Below, one piece after another: positions 35,634 to 46,581 of a stretch of DNA of 64,000 nucleotides (positions within the stretch are counted from its first letter, which is position 1; each line of letters begins with the position of its first letter). The position numbers and the translations under genes are program-made. Source of the DNA: a virus. Location of the stretch: positions 1 through 64,000 of IMG/VR virus record IMGVR_UViG_3300023223_001973; one strand, given 5' to 3'. A model generated the notes under the pieces. The model was not told the DNA's origin. It saw only the letters and a list, made by a program, of their open reading frames with translations, and did no database searches.

Positions 35634-38376
35634 CAACGTAAGGCTGCTTAAAGAGCCTGGTTGGTTCTTCTTCGAGGATACCAACCTTGGCAAGCCTGAG
35701 GACTTCGACAAGGCGAAGCTGCGTATCTTGATCCTGTTTCTCTCCGCAGGCGAGACCCGCGCTGTCTCCTCGACTGACATTGTGCTGACCTCGATTGTTC
35801 AACAGCATCTGGGCGATCAAGCCTTTGTGGACGTGTGCTTCTTGCCCACGCAGCACAATGCTGAGGTCTTGGATAAGCTCAACCTTCCTTGGGTCTTCGG
35901 TGGGTTGTCCCATCGCCACATCAACGAATTTGACATGGTGATTGTCTCCAATGCAATCATTGATGAGAAGATCAATATCTTCCCGCTGTTCCTGAAGAGT
36001 GACTTCCCTCTATGGTCCACTGAGCGGTTTGATAAGGAACATCCTCTTGTCATGTTGGGTGGGCATGGTGCTTCTGAGGCTGAGCCTCTCTATGGGGTCT
36101 CTGCGGATGGTAAGAACCGTTGCATTCCCGATTGTACCTATACGGGGTTTGCTGAACGCTTCTTCCCAGATATGCTGAAGACTCTTCTGGCCATGCACAC
36201 CGAGCAAAGCCTGAGGACCCGGGATAAGAAGGAGCTTGCCTTCGATCTGGTTAAGGATTATGAGAATATCTATATCCCCTGGGCCTATGATCACATCCTG
36301 GCGGAAGATAACTGGACGATTAAGGAGATCGTTCGGAACACCAAGCGGGTGCCTAAGCGTGTGAAGTTCGCTAAGGTCCTGCCTGAGGACTGTGAGAACG
36401 TAGCAGGGTTTGAGAACAAGCTCCTGTACAGTCATGGGAACTATGATTCCAATGACATCCAGATCAGCTTTGGGTGCAGTGGTGGCTATGTTTGCAGCTT
36501 CTGCCATGAGGGGAACCTACAAGCTTGGCGCGAGAAGTCTGTGGATAAGATCGTGAAGGAGATGCAGGCTGCTCGTAACAAGTCATTGTCCAGTACTATC
36601 TCCTTCTATAGTTACAACACGAATTACCACACGCAGTACGAAGACATGATGAAGGCTGCGGCATCTATGTACCCGAAGATCTCAGCCATCGCTATGCGTG
36701 CTGATGAGATCGCTGCCCGGCCCGACTACTTCAAAATGAACAAGTACCTGGGTCTCTCCCGGATAACTCTAGGCGTGGAAGGTGTCAGCGCCAGGCTCCG
36801 GGATGGCTACATGACCAAGGCTCTCAGTGAGCAGTCGATCTTTGAGGCTGCTAACGCCTGCTTTATGAACCGGTTTATGCAGGTTAAGCTGTTCTTCATC
36901 CTTGCAGGAGTGGAAGAGCAGCAGGACTGGGAGGAAGGCGTGAAGATGATTAAGACTCTGGTTCGTATGCGTGACGAGTCTGGGGCCAATACACATCTTC
37001 GTGTATCCTTCTCCATTCTGTGCTACTATCCTGACACTTCCATTGCATGGGAGGAACGTAGGGCTGTTAAGCACACCATCGAGAAGGGGCGGATCTCGTA
37101 CTTTATTGAAGAGTGCAAGAAGATGGGTGTAGGAACCCGTTTCTCTTCGCGTGGCATGTCCACTGTCTTCCAGCAGTACAATCTGGATGTTGGTCGTCCT
37201 ATGACGGCCATCTACGACCGTCTCTACAATGAGCAGGGGTTCATCTGGTACCGGAACGTACCGGACAGCATAGTTCATAGGCTTCTTGAGCTCTGTGAGG
37301 AATATGGTCTTCCCGACTATAAGAAGATCCTTGATCAGCGTCCCTATGACTGGATCTTCCCTTCTGACACTATCTTCGTCAAGAGTCGTCAGTTCTTGGT
37401 GAAGGCTGCTAAGAAGCTGAAGAACATGGAGCCTGTGATCTACTGTATGCCCACGCAGTCCAAGAATGAAGCACGTGGCTGTGACTCCTGCGGCCTGTGT
37501 AACACCAAGGAGCTGGTGGCTATTACGTCGGGTAGAGTGTCTCATGGGACGAATGTGCCTGTCGATGAGGTTATCCTGACTCTCGCCAAGAACAAGCCTT
37601 ATCATCGGTATCGGTTTGAGTTCAGGGTTCCTAAGGAGGCTGCGTTCCTGGTTAAGAGACCACTGGCTCATTATCACATTGCTAAGCTCCTGCCTGAGGA
37701 GTTCAAGCCAGAAGTGTACAGTGTGGGGTCTGATGGTGACCCGGGACGCTGGACAATCTGCAATGAGACTCCTTACTCCTTCCACGGTAAGTACTTCTTC
37801 GACCTGTTGACGAAGGTGCCCATGCCAGAGCTTCCCATGGACAGGGATCTGGGACTGCTCAAGCTGAAGGGCATCCATGAGATTCCTCTCAAGTTTGCTC
37901 TCAAGCCCAATGACCTGGTGCTGTCGGTCATGTCAGTAAGGGGAGACTCCAGGCTGTATCAAGGTCTACGGAGTGGCTCTATCAGGTTCCCCTGGATGAA
38001 GAATGACTTCCCGCTGGAGTGGTCTCATGATGCCGGTACAGTTGACTTCAGTCTTGTGAAGGGTGAGATAGATAAGCTGCTTGTGGTGCATCCTATCCGC
38101 TCTAACATGGTGAAGTGGCTGAGCGATCTGACTGGGAAGAATTACATGGGAGCTTATAAGGATAACTTTATAAGCTTGGAGCATGTGACATATATGCGAC
38201 CTGTTCCTGGATTTGGTTGTCGTCTCTGCACGTCAGATGCGTATATTGATCTGACAACTGGCAAACAGGTCTCCTTGTGCCCAGCTCATACCCAGTCCCT
38301 TGTCCTCAAGGCGCTTTCCAAGGGCAAGAAGGCTCCAGTGGTATCACCTGCGAAGGAGCTTATTCTACAGGCCTAA
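35590..38376 (+). CDS. Large radical SAM protein (TIGR03960-like architecture)
   Basis: PLVMLGG...EP; QISFGCSGGYVCSFC; TLGVEGVSARLR; VKLFFI; CDSCGLC. Confidence 0.8.
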   Translation: MRIHDRDTIRQTLVDNVRLLKEPGWFFFEDTNLGKPEDFDKAKLRILILFLSAGETRAVSSTDIVLTSIVQQHLGDQAFVDVCFLPTQHNAEVLDKLNLPWVFGGLSHRHINEFDMVIVSNAIIDEKINIFPLFLKSDFPLWSTERFDKEHPLVMLGGHGASEAEPLYGVSADGKNRCIPDCTYTGFAERFFPDMLKTLLAMHTEQSLRTRDKKELAFDLVKDYENIYIPWAYDHILAEDNWTIKEIVRNTKRVPKRVKFAKVLPEDCENVAGFENKLLYSHGNYDSNDIQISFGCSGGYVCSFCHEGNLQAWREKSVDKIVKEMQAARNKSLSSTISFYSYNTNYHTQYEDMMKAAASMYPKISAIAMRADEIAARPDYFKMNKYLGLSRITLGVEGVSARLRDGYMTKALSEQSIFEAANACFMNRFMQVKLFFILAGVEEQQDWEEGVKMIKTLVRMRDESGANTHLRVSFSILCYYPDTSIAWEERRAVKHTIEKGRISYFIEECKKMGVGTRFSSRGMSTVFQQYNLDVGRPMTAIYDRLYNEQGFIWYRNVPDSIVHRLLELCEEYGLPDYKKILDQRPYDWIFPSDTIFVKSRQFLVKAAKKLKNMEPVIYCMPTQSKNEARGCDSCGLCNTKELVAITSGRVSHGTNVPVDEVILTLAKNKPYHRYRFEFRVPKEAAFLVKRPLAHYHIAKLLPEEFKPEVYSVGSDGDPGRWTICNETPYSFHGKYFFDLLTKVPMPELPMDRDLGLLKLKGIHEIPLKFALKPNDLVLSVMSVRGDSRLYQGLRSGSIRFPWMKNDFPLEWSHDAGTVDFSLVKGEIDKLLVVHPIRSNMVKWLSDLTGKNYMGAYKDNFISLEHVTYMRPVPGFGCRLCTSDAYIDLTTGKQVSLCPAHTQSLVLKALSKGKKAPVVSPAKELILQA

Positions 38377-38392
38377 GTTATGAGGCCGCAGA

Positions 38393-39088
38393 GTGATAGG
38401 TCACGTTCAAGATCGTAGTCATTTTACACTGGATGACCGGTGGTCTCTCCATTTGAATAGAATGGGGATCACGAAGACTGGAATCTTCCGGGCTATTCCT
38501 CCTAAGAATAGTGATGGGGACTCCTTCTATGGGCAGCTCCTTCAGGAAGTACCTGAAGGGTATCTCATACCTGCTGTAGCCCACGTCTCCTACCTTGGAT
38601 TCCACTTCTGCCCTCTGGGTCTTCTCTTCAGAAATGTAGCAGATAAGGACTTCAAGATAGCATCCCGGTATAAGACCCGGGTGGCCTTCTATGTCTCCCA
38701 ACGGTTTGAAGAGAATCTTAGTCAGTTCTGGTACGGTCGCCCTATCGTCCTGCTTGAGGGCCTGCTTGATGTGGAGGCCTTCGCCTACCTGACCGATTAT
38801 CCCTTCATTATGGGCTATCTGACATCACGAGTTAATGATGCTACAGCTGCCTTTATCTCAACTCTGACTGATAAGGTGCTTCTGGTGCCAGATAATGACA
38901 GTGCTGGTCGTAGGAGTGTCTCCAAGTCTAAGGTATCCTTGAAGGCTTTTAACGTACAGTCCACGGTTCTGTCAACTCAGGCTAAGGATTTTGGTAATGT
39001 GTTGGAGAATCCAGACCAGGACGTATTAGCAGCAAAGGCAATTCTGTCTTGTTACGGTCAAGGAACCCAACTAGGAGGCACTGGATGA
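38393..39088 (+). CDS. Toprim-domain primase-like protein
   Basis: LLEGLLD, PDNDSAG, KDFG; no N-terminal Zn finger. Confidence 0.75.
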   Translation: MIGHVQDRSHFTLDDRWSLHLNRMGITKTGIFRAIPPKNSDGDSFYGQLLQEVPEGYLIPAVAHVSYLGFHFCPLGLLFRNVADKDFKIASRYKTRVAFYVSQRFEENLSQFWYGRPIVLLEGLLDVEAFAYLTDYPFIMGYLTSRVNDATAAFISTLTDKVLLVPDNDSAGRRSVSKSKVSLKAFNVQSTVLSTQAKDFGNVLENPDQDVLAAKAILSCYGQGTQLGGTG

Positions 39089-40086
39089 TCTCTTCCATAG
39101 AACGGAATACTATTCTACAAGAGGCTGATCTTGAGCATAATGGACTGAGTCTGCTGGATAGTAATGCTTTGACTGTGGAGGTTCGGCAGGCTCCCGCCGA
39201 AGGTCGGAGACAGCCCCGCCGTGTGATTATGGTGCGTGATGCTGATGGTGAGTTACCGGCCACTACACGATTTAAGAGCAATATGCTGGCCATAACAGGA
39301 ATGACAGGTCGGCTCTTCAAGGAATTGCCTCTGGACCAGCTTAATCGTGATATTACGCATCAGTTACTTACACGGGCTCATAACATTGGTTATGTCAAGG
39401 CTTCTATTGAGGATGAGATGGCTGCTGTTAGCATCTTCCCGATAGCGGATCGTGGGTATGTTCCTTATGGAACCATGATACCTGAGGGTGATTTGTCTTC
39501 CTTCACGGGGTCACCCCTCTTTGAGGACTCTGTCTCATTTATGACTATGGATAGAACTCTCGATCTAGGTGGGTCGCCCATCTTTATCGGTGTTCATGCC
39601 CGTGCCTCAAGTAATGGTATGGCTAAGACCAAGGTGCATCTTGGGTTTTATAGGACCCAATGCACCAACAGTGCCATCGATATAGGATTTGGTGGCTTTG
39701 ATTTAAGGGAGCTTGATGCGTCCCTCTTCAGAAGTGCCCTTGGAGAGATGCAGGGTAGGCTTAATGAGTATACCCAATCTGTGGAGTCCTTCATAGAAGG
39801 AGCTCAGCGTCTATCTATCTCAGATCAGGTCTTTAGGCAGAATGCCTTGGGCCAGCTGGCCATTCCAACCAAGATGAAGGATCTGGTAGAGTTATCTGCT
39901 AGTACCCCGGATGTGGTAAGTGAGTTGCTTGAGCGGGCAGGTGTGGAGCATGTTCACAACCTGTGGGAGGCCTTTAATGTTCTTACTCATCTGAGTTCCT
40001 TGGCTCCTACGGTGTCTCAGAGAACGACTTATGCTGCTACATCACTGACCTGGGCTAAGAACCTGATGGGCATAGCTAGGAACTGA
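39085..40086 (+). CDS. DUF932-like protein
   Basis: SSNG...GFYRTQCTN; NLWEAFNVLT. Confidence 0.6.
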   Translation: MISSIERNTILQEADLEHNGLSLLDSNALTVEVRQAPAEGRRQPRRVIMVRDADGELPATTRFKSNMLAITGMTGRLFKELPLDQLNRDITHQLLTRAHNIGYVKASIEDEMAAVSIFPIADRGYVPYGTMIPEGDLSSFTGSPLFEDSVSFMTMDRTLDLGGSPIFIGVHARASSNGMAKTKVHLGFYRTQCTNSAIDIGFGGFDLRELDASLFRSALGEMQGRLNEYTQSVESFIEGAQRLSISDQVFRQNALGQLAIPTKMKDLVELSASTPDVVSELLERAGVEHVHNLWEAFNVLTHLSSLAPTVSQRTTYAATSLTWAKNLMGIARN

Positions 40087-40184
40087 GCTCTACCCTGTCA
40101 TAACATTTATTCATGGAGTACCTTCCATGCGTATTATGGTTTTAGATGAGGATGTGGTGACAGAATTGGAAGGAACCTCCCACT

Positions 40185-41255
40185 GTGCTGACTATCGATT
40201 ACCGACCCAGAAGGTTCTCAGAGATAGTCGGTCAACGTGAACCAATCTCAGTTATGAGAGCTGTGGCTGACCAGCCTGATACAGCTCCCCGTGTCTATCT
40301 TTTCCAAGGAGGGCGTGGTCTAGGGAAGACTACGCTTTCTCGCGTGTTTTCTCGCGTTCTGTTGTGTGCTAACCCTGCTGGTGGTGATGCTTGTTTAGTC
40401 TGTGAGGCCTGCGTAGGATTCACTGATATTGGAACTCACTATCAGGAGTATGATGCAACCCAGGTTGGTAATGTTAAGTTTATGAGGGACCTGAGTGACC
40501 ATCTTCGATTTACTGCTGTGGAAGGGTTTCGTGTTGTAGTTCTGGACGAGATTCAGTCAGCTTCCATTCAAGCTATGTCTGCTCTTCTCAAGTTGCTAGA
40601 GGAAGGACCTAAGAATACCTTCTTCCTCTTGTGTACCACCGACCCTGATAAGCTGCTTCAAACCATTCGCTCCCGATCTGTGGAGCTGAGTTTCTCACCT
40701 GTATCTGATACTGAGGTTCGTTCTCTCCTGGTAAGGATCGCTCAGGGTGAGAAGATGGATCTGCCTCAAGCTGTCCTTGATAGCATTGTCTCATTCTCCT
40801 TTGGGTATGCGCGGGAAGCTGTAATGCGACTCGATGTGTACCTGAAGGTGCAAGACCCGGATAAGTTCTTAGGAATGATGTATATTCCTGAGAAGGATAT
40901 TATTCAGATGTTTCTGGCTTTCAAGAGGGGTGATCAGGCAATATTTGAAGAATCTCTGAGCCGTCTTTCTGCTTATCCGATGGCTCATCTACGGAAGAGC
41001 TTTGAGGTATTTACCTTGAATGCAATGAAGGCTCTGGTGGACAATAAGGAGGCAAGTGTTGCCTATGTCCCTATTGTTGAGGCCTATGGAATACAGCTCT
41101 ATCAGGTATTGACTGTTCTGTCTCAAGGATGGGTGGTCAACTGTTTCCAGAGTGATACTATGTTTCAAGCCTTTACTTGGTTCCTATATAGCCAATTCTC
41201 TAAGGAGCAGACTGCCTCTGCTTCTAAGGAAGATGATCGGTTCAAAAAGGGTTAA
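40185..41255 (+). CDS. dnaX: Clamp loader, DNA Pol III gamma/tau-like
   Basis: YRPRRFSEIVGQ, GGRGLGKTT, C..CLVCEAC, LDEIQ, ALLKLLEE, TIRSR. Confidence 0.9.
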   Translation: MLTIDYRPRRFSEIVGQREPISVMRAVADQPDTAPRVYLFQGGRGLGKTTLSRVFSRVLLCANPAGGDACLVCEACVGFTDIGTHYQEYDATQVGNVKFMRDLSDHLRFTAVEGFRVVVLDEIQSASIQAMSALLKLLEEGPKNTFFLLCTTDPDKLLQTIRSRSVELSFSPVSDTEVRSLLVRIAQGEKMDLPQAVLDSIVSFSFGYAREAVMRLDVYLKVQDPDKFLGMMYIPEKDIIQMFLAFKRGDQAIFEESLSRLSAYPMAHLRKSFEVFTLNAMKALVDNKEASVAYVPIVEAYGIQLYQVLTVLSQGWVVNCFQSDTMFQAFTWFLYSQFSKEQTASASKEDDRFKKG

Positions 41256-42298
41256 TGTTGAAGGACTTTGCAACTTTGCAGGCTCTTCTGAGAGATGAAG
41301 AGTTTGACGCCAATGTGGTGTTAAAGGACATTGAGGATGTCTTATATGTCAATGCGTCCCGCATGCACCGGAGGTTGGACCGGGATCTCATTCTAGAGCT
41401 GCGCTCTGTTTACTTTGAAGATATCTGGACAATGGATAGACCCGTTGAGGAACCTCTCCGGTTTATACATTCCCATGCTAAGAGAGTAATCTACGCCTCG
41501 ACTCCTCGTCATGTCTCTCTAGATAGTCTTCCACCAGTGTTTGTTGCTACTACTCGGACTGAGAACCCCTGTGATATACTTGCCCCTGTCTTAGGTACGG
41601 CTCTACATCAGAAGATCAAGGATACCTATGAGGAGCTGGTCGGGCCAATTACTTATACGCAGGCAGCTGCTATTGCTGCCACCCAGAGTTATCTAGGTCA
41701 GATGATAGCTGGAGCCATGTTTAAGAGGATGGGTCAAGGTGTGACTGGATACGAACCAACCATTATTGCTGATGAGGATGAAGAGGTCTCCTGTTTGAAC
41801 CTTTCAACACGGGAGAAGGAGGTTCTGATTGGTGTTATTTGTGCTAAGCTAGGTAAGAAGTGGGCACCCCCTGCCTATGTTTTAATGGGTGATACTTTTG
41901 TTCTCGCTCTGTTCTCATTCTTGGGTAGTGCGTTCGCCCCAGAACAGGAGGGCTACTTTCGTAATGTCTTCCTGAGTAGCAGGGTGTACTGTCATCTCAC
42001 CAAGTTATACCGAGAAAGAGGAAAGGAGAGTGCAGAGCGCGCATGTGGCAAGAGATTTGGACTTCGGAGGAGGGACGTCCAGAATAGGTTTGGTCACATA
42101 GTGCGACTGCTAAAACGCTATGACGCTTTCACAGCCACGTACTGTAGGCAGCTCTGGACAGACGCCGTCCATGCTGGAATTGTCAGCCGAGATAGGAAGC
42201 GTCTGCGAGCAGCTAGTGAGAAGTCTCAGCAAGTTTCGGGATCTGAAGGAGAAGCGCGAAGCCCTGATGGAGAACATTCTGGAGAACCCAGCGATTAA
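41255..42298 (+). CDS. Hypothetical protein
   Basis: 347-aa ORF, TAATG overlap. Confidence 0.65.
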   Translation: MLKDFATLQALLRDEEFDANVVLKDIEDVLYVNASRMHRRLDRDLILELRSVYFEDIWTMDRPVEEPLRFIHSHAKRVIYASTPRHVSLDSLPPVFVATTRTENPCDILAPVLGTALHQKIKDTYEELVGPITYTQAAAIAATQSYLGQMIAGAMFKRMGQGVTGYEPTIIADEDEEVSCLNLSTREKEVLIGVICAKLGKKWAPPAYVLMGDTFVLALFSFLGSAFAPEQEGYFRNVFLSSRVYCHLTKLYRERGKESAERACGKRFGLRRRDVQNRFGHIVRLLKRYDAFTATYCRQLWTDAVHAGIVSRDRKRLRAASEKSQQVSGSEGEARSPDGEHSGEPSD

Positions 42299-42572
42299 GG
42301 GGGATCCGGATAGGCCGGGATCGGGAGATCCAGCGCTTCAGTTGGAGGTCTGCATGAAACTACACAGGATGGAGATTGACACTGTGGAGTCTCTCCGGAA
42401 GATGATGGCTCAGTCGGACCTGGAGAAGTTCTTGAGGGCTCAGGGCCTGATGGAATTGGTGGGTGTTATGGGTCAGATGGGTCCTGAGGGTATTGAAAGG
42501 GTTAAGCAGTTTTTGGCAGTATCTGGTAACTCCCCTGAAGTGGAGGGTGTAGGTGAGCGACCTCAGCTTTGA
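42171..42572 (+). CDS. Possible terminase small subunit
   Basis: Helical protein directly upstream of and overlapping TerL; positional inference only. Confidence 0.4.
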   Translation: MLELSAEIGSVCEQLVRSLSKFRDLKEKREALMENILENPAIKGDPDRPGSGDPALQLEVCMKLHRMEIDTVESLRKMMAQSDLEKFLRAQGLMELVGVMGQMGPEGIERVKQFLAVSGNSPEVEGVGERPQL

Positions 42573-44472
42573 ACACTTAGGGCCGGATGAGCAGGATCTT
42601 GTACGCGAGCTCATGCGGCTTCAAGATATAACTACCACTCGCTCGGCTGAGGTGGAGATAATACCTGTAGCCGAGTGGTTGAATAGTGACTATCATGTAG
42701 GTGCTATTAAGGATCACATCTATCCCTTCTGGAAGGAAGAGATAAATGATATATTTGGTGATGGTATTGAGCTTAATTACAATGAGATAATTATCACTGG
42801 GTCCTTGTCTACAGGTAAGAGTTGGGCGGCCCTAGTGGTGTGGCTACGTCTTCTTTATATCTTCTCTCACTTTGATAATCTGCCTCGTCTGCTAGGGTTG
42901 TATCCTGGCTCACGTGTCTTCATGGCTTATCTCTCTGTCTCCATCTCGGAGGCTGAGTTTACTGGGTTTGGTGACTTCCGGAATATGTTAGATGCTACTC
43001 CTTACTTCAGGGATCAGTATAAGCGGAATATGAACAAGAGCTCAGTGTTGGAGTTGCCTAACGGTCTGAATATACTCTCAGGATCTGATGTGCTTCACTT
43101 TATTGGTCAGAACCTGTTCTCTGTGATCTTTGACGAAGCCAACTATGTTCGTAGAGGTGGTGGTAATCCTGGTGATGTTGATAAGGCCTTGACCATCTAC
43201 AAGGCTGCCCGTCTGAGAATTAGAACTCGTATGGCTAACTCTAAATCTATGCTTGCAGGTTTGAACATTCTAATCTCGTCTGTGACACATCAGTCTTCCG
43301 CGACAGAACAGATTATTGCGGACTCAAAGACTACATCTGAGACTAAGGTAATTGCTACCAAGGTGTATGAAGCTCGTCCGGCAGGGACCTATAAGCCTGA
43401 GAAGTTTATGTTCTTCGTGGGTAATGATCTTTACAGTCCGCGAGTGTTAGAGTCTCGGGATGACATGTTGACTCTGCTTCCTGAGACTGAGAGAGTGAAG
43501 ATCCCACCTGGTGAGTTTACCTCTCCACAGGATGTGATGGGCTTTCTTCCTGAGGATATGAGGGATCTTATAGAGCTGGTTCCTGTTGACTTTCTAGTTG
43601 ACTGCCGACGTTACCCTGAACAGGCTCTGATGGACATAATCGGCCACTCTGTGGCCGCTAAGCATAATTTCTTTAGGGATAGGGCCTCTTGGAATGCCTG
43701 TGTAGAGCTGGGTAAGAAGCTGAATATGAGGCACCCGTTCTCACAGGAGTCAGTGACTGTCAGTGTGAAGGGTGATACCCTGCTCTCTGATTACCTTGAC
43801 CTGCCCTATCTCAAGCAGCTTATTGGAGAACAGCCACTCTTCATGGCCCTTGACCAATCTATCTCTGGTGACGCTACGGGTATGGCTGGTGCCTTTCCTC
43901 TCTTTATGCCTGATCTTGAGGAGTATATCATTGTCTTGGCCTTTGCTCTCCGGATTGTTCCTCCGGGCGGTGATGATGAGATCATGATTGAGAAGTGTAG
44001 GAAGCTGATACCTTATCTGAAGGGTAATGGCATCCGAGTACGCTTGGCCACCTATGACCAGTACCAGTCTCGGTCAAGTATCCAGCTGCTGATGGTGCAG
44101 GGGATTAATGCTGAGTTATTCTCCGTTGATGCTAATGATGAGTGTTGGATGGAGGCTGCTAACCGAATATATCAGCGTCGTCTTGCCATGTATGAGTACG
44201 CTCCTTTCCGTACGGAGTGGTTTAAGTTGATACATGATCGAGTGAGGCGTAAGATTGATCATCCCAAGGATGGGTCAAAGGACGTAGCGGATGCAGCAAC
44301 GTCAGCCATTTTCCATGCCTGGATGTCTGTCGCTGAGAGAGAGGCCAGGAAGGGCAGCAATGACAGGATGAATGCAGTGCTCAGTGTTCTAACCAAAATG
44401 GCTAAGCCTGATGAGTCTATGAAGTCCATAACCCAGTCCTTCTTTGGGGATGTTAAACAAATCAGTATTTAG
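42553..44472 (+). CDS. Terminase large subunit
   Basis: TGSLSTGKS, VIFDEAN, LISS; nuclease ALDQS..GD, TYDQYQS, KIDHPKDGSKDVADA. Confidence 0.9.
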   Translation: MSDLSFEHLGPDEQDLVRELMRLQDITTTRSAEVEIIPVAEWLNSDYHVGAIKDHIYPFWKEEINDIFGDGIELNYNEIIITGSLSTGKSWAALVVWLRLLYIFSHFDNLPRLLGLYPGSRVFMAYLSVSISEAEFTGFGDFRNMLDATPYFRDQYKRNMNKSSVLELPNGLNILSGSDVLHFIGQNLFSVIFDEANYVRRGGGNPGDVDKALTIYKAARLRIRTRMANSKSMLAGLNILISSVTHQSSATEQIIADSKTTSETKVIATKVYEARPAGTYKPEKFMFFVGNDLYSPRVLESRDDMLTLLPETERVKIPPGEFTSPQDVMGFLPEDMRDLIELVPVDFLVDCRRYPEQALMDIIGHSVAAKHNFFRDRASWNACVELGKKLNMRHPFSQESVTVSVKGDTLLSDYLDLPYLKQLIGEQPLFMALDQSISGDATGMAGAFPLFMPDLEEYIIVLAFALRIVPPGGDDEIMIEKCRKLIPYLKGNGIRVRLATYDQYQSRSSIQLLMVQGINAELFSVDANDECWMEAANRIYQRRLAMYEYAPFRTEWFKLIHDRVRRKIDHPKDGSKDVADAATSAIFHAWMSVAEREARKGSNDRMNAVLSVLTKMAKPDESMKSITQSFFGDVKQISI

Positions 44473-44480
44473 GAGTTCTC

Positions 44481-46292
44481 ATGGCAGATGATTTCAAACT
44501 GTCGTTCAATCCCGCTAACCTTCTTCAGAAGATCTTTAGGCAGCCAGACGTTGTCAGAGCGGATGTTGTAACTGATAGGACTCCTTTGGGTCCTGGTGAT
44601 GAACAGAGGTTAATGCGTTATGGCTTCTCAATGCAGGACCTTGGCTCTTTGGTGGCCAAAGAGACCCTGGTTAACTTTGAGCGTACGGCCCTCTATAGGG
44701 AGATTGATCGAGCTCTCCTATATCCGTTGATGAGTGCCGCTATGGAGCTCTATGCGGATGTGAGTACCAACTTCTCTCAGCTTCATAACTCTACGGTCTG
44801 GGTAACAGGTGAGGGAAAGCATGCTAATGAAGTGACCAAGTTGTTTGAGAGGATTAACGTTGAGGAGCGCATCTTCGACTGGGCCTATAGTACTGGGAGC
44901 TTTGGTGACTTGTTTGCCATAATTCACGCTCATCCTGGGCTTGGCATCCTCAGTGTTGAGGATGATGACCACCCTATTAACATCTCTCGTATTGACTATA
45001 ATGGTCGCCTTGTTGGGTTCTTCGATACACCCTTTGGTCAGGCTAAAGCAGAGAGGGAGTTAAGACCTCCTTGGTCGATGGTTCACTTTCGTCTGCTTGG
45101 TGCTAAGCGCAAGCGGCCTATGTTTAATGATCCTCTGTATTCTGAATTCCGCACCGTCAGCATGATCGATCCTGATACCCGCCATATTACTGCTAGGTAT
45201 GGTTCTTCTCTTCTTGGTAATGGTCTACCGACATACAAGCGTCTGCGCATGGCTGAGGACTCCTTACTCATAGCACGGCTGTCTAAGGGCCCTCTCCACT
45301 ACGTTTATAAGGTGAAGGTGGAAGGTGATAATGCTCAGGCCATCGATGCCATCATGCAGAACTATGAGAACTTGCTTAAGAGGAGTAAGGCCATTGATAC
45401 CCAGCGGGGTGAGGCTGGTGGTCAAGCCAATTATGAGAACGTCTATGCTGCTCTTCCCAACGCTGAAGATGTGTTTCTGCCTGTCTGGGGTGATGCTAAG
45501 AATGATCTTGTTATTGACAAGATGGGTGGCGAGACTGACATCAAGTGGATTAAGGATGTGGACGCTCTGAGGAGTCAGCTGGCTTGTGCTCTACGTGTAC
45601 CGCTTCAGTTGCTTGGTGGCTTTACGAGTGAGCTACCTGGATCTCTAGGTAGGAGTGCTATTGAGACTCTGGATATCCGGTTCGCTAGGTCTGCTCGTAG
45701 GTTACAGCGTGCTGTGATTGAGGGTTTATATCGTATAGCTCAGATTCACTTGTCCTATATGGGTCTATCTCCTGATACTAGGCACTTCGAGATCCATATG
45801 GCTGAAACTTCCACGGCTGAGGAGGAAGAGCTCAAGGATGCCCTGGACAGGGGCGTTGACATCGTGGATCGCATGTATGAGATGACAATTAAGTTTCTGG
45901 GTGAGGAGATTGACAAGAAGGCTCTGTTGAACTATCTTAACCAGAAGATACTGAAGCTTAATGACTTTAATATTAATGACTTTATTGAGCAGAAGCCTAC
46001 CGTATCGAAGGAGGGTCTGCCTCTTGAGACGGCTCCTCCTGATGCAGGTGAGTTGCCAGCAGAGGCTAGGCAGTATGCTAATGCCTTGCTTGATACTATC
46101 TCTGAGCATAAGAATGGTAAGCAGAATGGTGGGCCGATGAAGGGCAAACACCGGGATGGTAGTTCGCAGTCTTCGGATCTTAAGGCCTATACCTATTATC
46201 AGAAGGGTCTATGGGAGAAGAGGTTTAAGGATCGTAAGGTGATGGTTACTGACTCTCGCGAGTCGGAAGGAGGAAGTGATGTCAACTCATGA
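44481..46292 (+). CDS. Portal protein (T4 gp20-like)
   Basis: YGSSLL...LRMAEDSLLIARL...EDVFLP...GG...DV..L...L..ALRVP...DIRFAR..RLQ. Confidence 0.88.
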   Translation: MADDFKLSFNPANLLQKIFRQPDVVRADVVTDRTPLGPGDEQRLMRYGFSMQDLGSLVAKETLVNFERTALYREIDRALLYPLMSAAMELYADVSTNFSQLHNSTVWVTGEGKHANEVTKLFERINVEERIFDWAYSTGSFGDLFAIIHAHPGLGILSVEDDDHPINISRIDYNGRLVGFFDTPFGQAKAERELRPPWSMVHFRLLGAKRKRPMFNDPLYSEFRTVSMIDPDTRHITARYGSSLLGNGLPTYKRLRMAEDSLLIARLSKGPLHYVYKVKVEGDNAQAIDAIMQNYENLLKRSKAIDTQRGEAGGQANYENVYAALPNAEDVFLPVWGDAKNDLVIDKMGGETDIKWIKDVDALRSQLACALRVPLQLLGGFTSELPGSLGRSAIETLDIRFARSARRLQRAVIEGLYRIAQIHLSYMGLSPDTRHFEIHMAETSTAEEEELKDALDRGVDIVDRMYEMTIKFLGEEIDKKALLNYLNQKILKLNDFNINDFIEQKPTVSKEGLPLETAPPDAGELPAEARQYANALLDTISEHKNGKQNGGPMKGKHRDGSSQSSDLKAYTYYQKGLWEKRFKDRKVMVTDSRESEGGSDVNS

Positions 46293-46581
46293 TCAACTGC
46301 GTGAGGCTATGATTAACCGACTTACTGAGAACCAGTCAGGAGGATCAACATCTCCTAATACCCCACCCCCAGTTCCTATCCATGATCAACCTGTTGAGGA
46401 GTCCACTGAGGTACCTTCCGAGTCTAAGATCTTTGAGGGCATGGACCTGACCGAACTCCTTACCAGTCAGCTCAAAGATAGGGTTCCAACCACAGGCATG
46501 TCACCAAGAGTCAGTGATGAGGTTCGTGAAACTGCTATTAAGAACTCTCAGATTGACTTAATCCGGACATTGAACCTGTGA
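46276..46581 (+). CDS. Hypothetical head-region protein
   Basis: GGAGG RBS. Confidence 0.55.
   Translation: MMSTHDQLREAMINRLTENQSGGSTSPNTPPPVPIHDQPVEESTEVPSESKIFEGMDLTELLTSQLKDRVPTTGMSPRVSDEVRETAIKNSQIDLIRTLNL

Noticed and set aside
36769-37878. 369-aa antisense ORF
   Set aside because: Shadow of the radical SAM gene.
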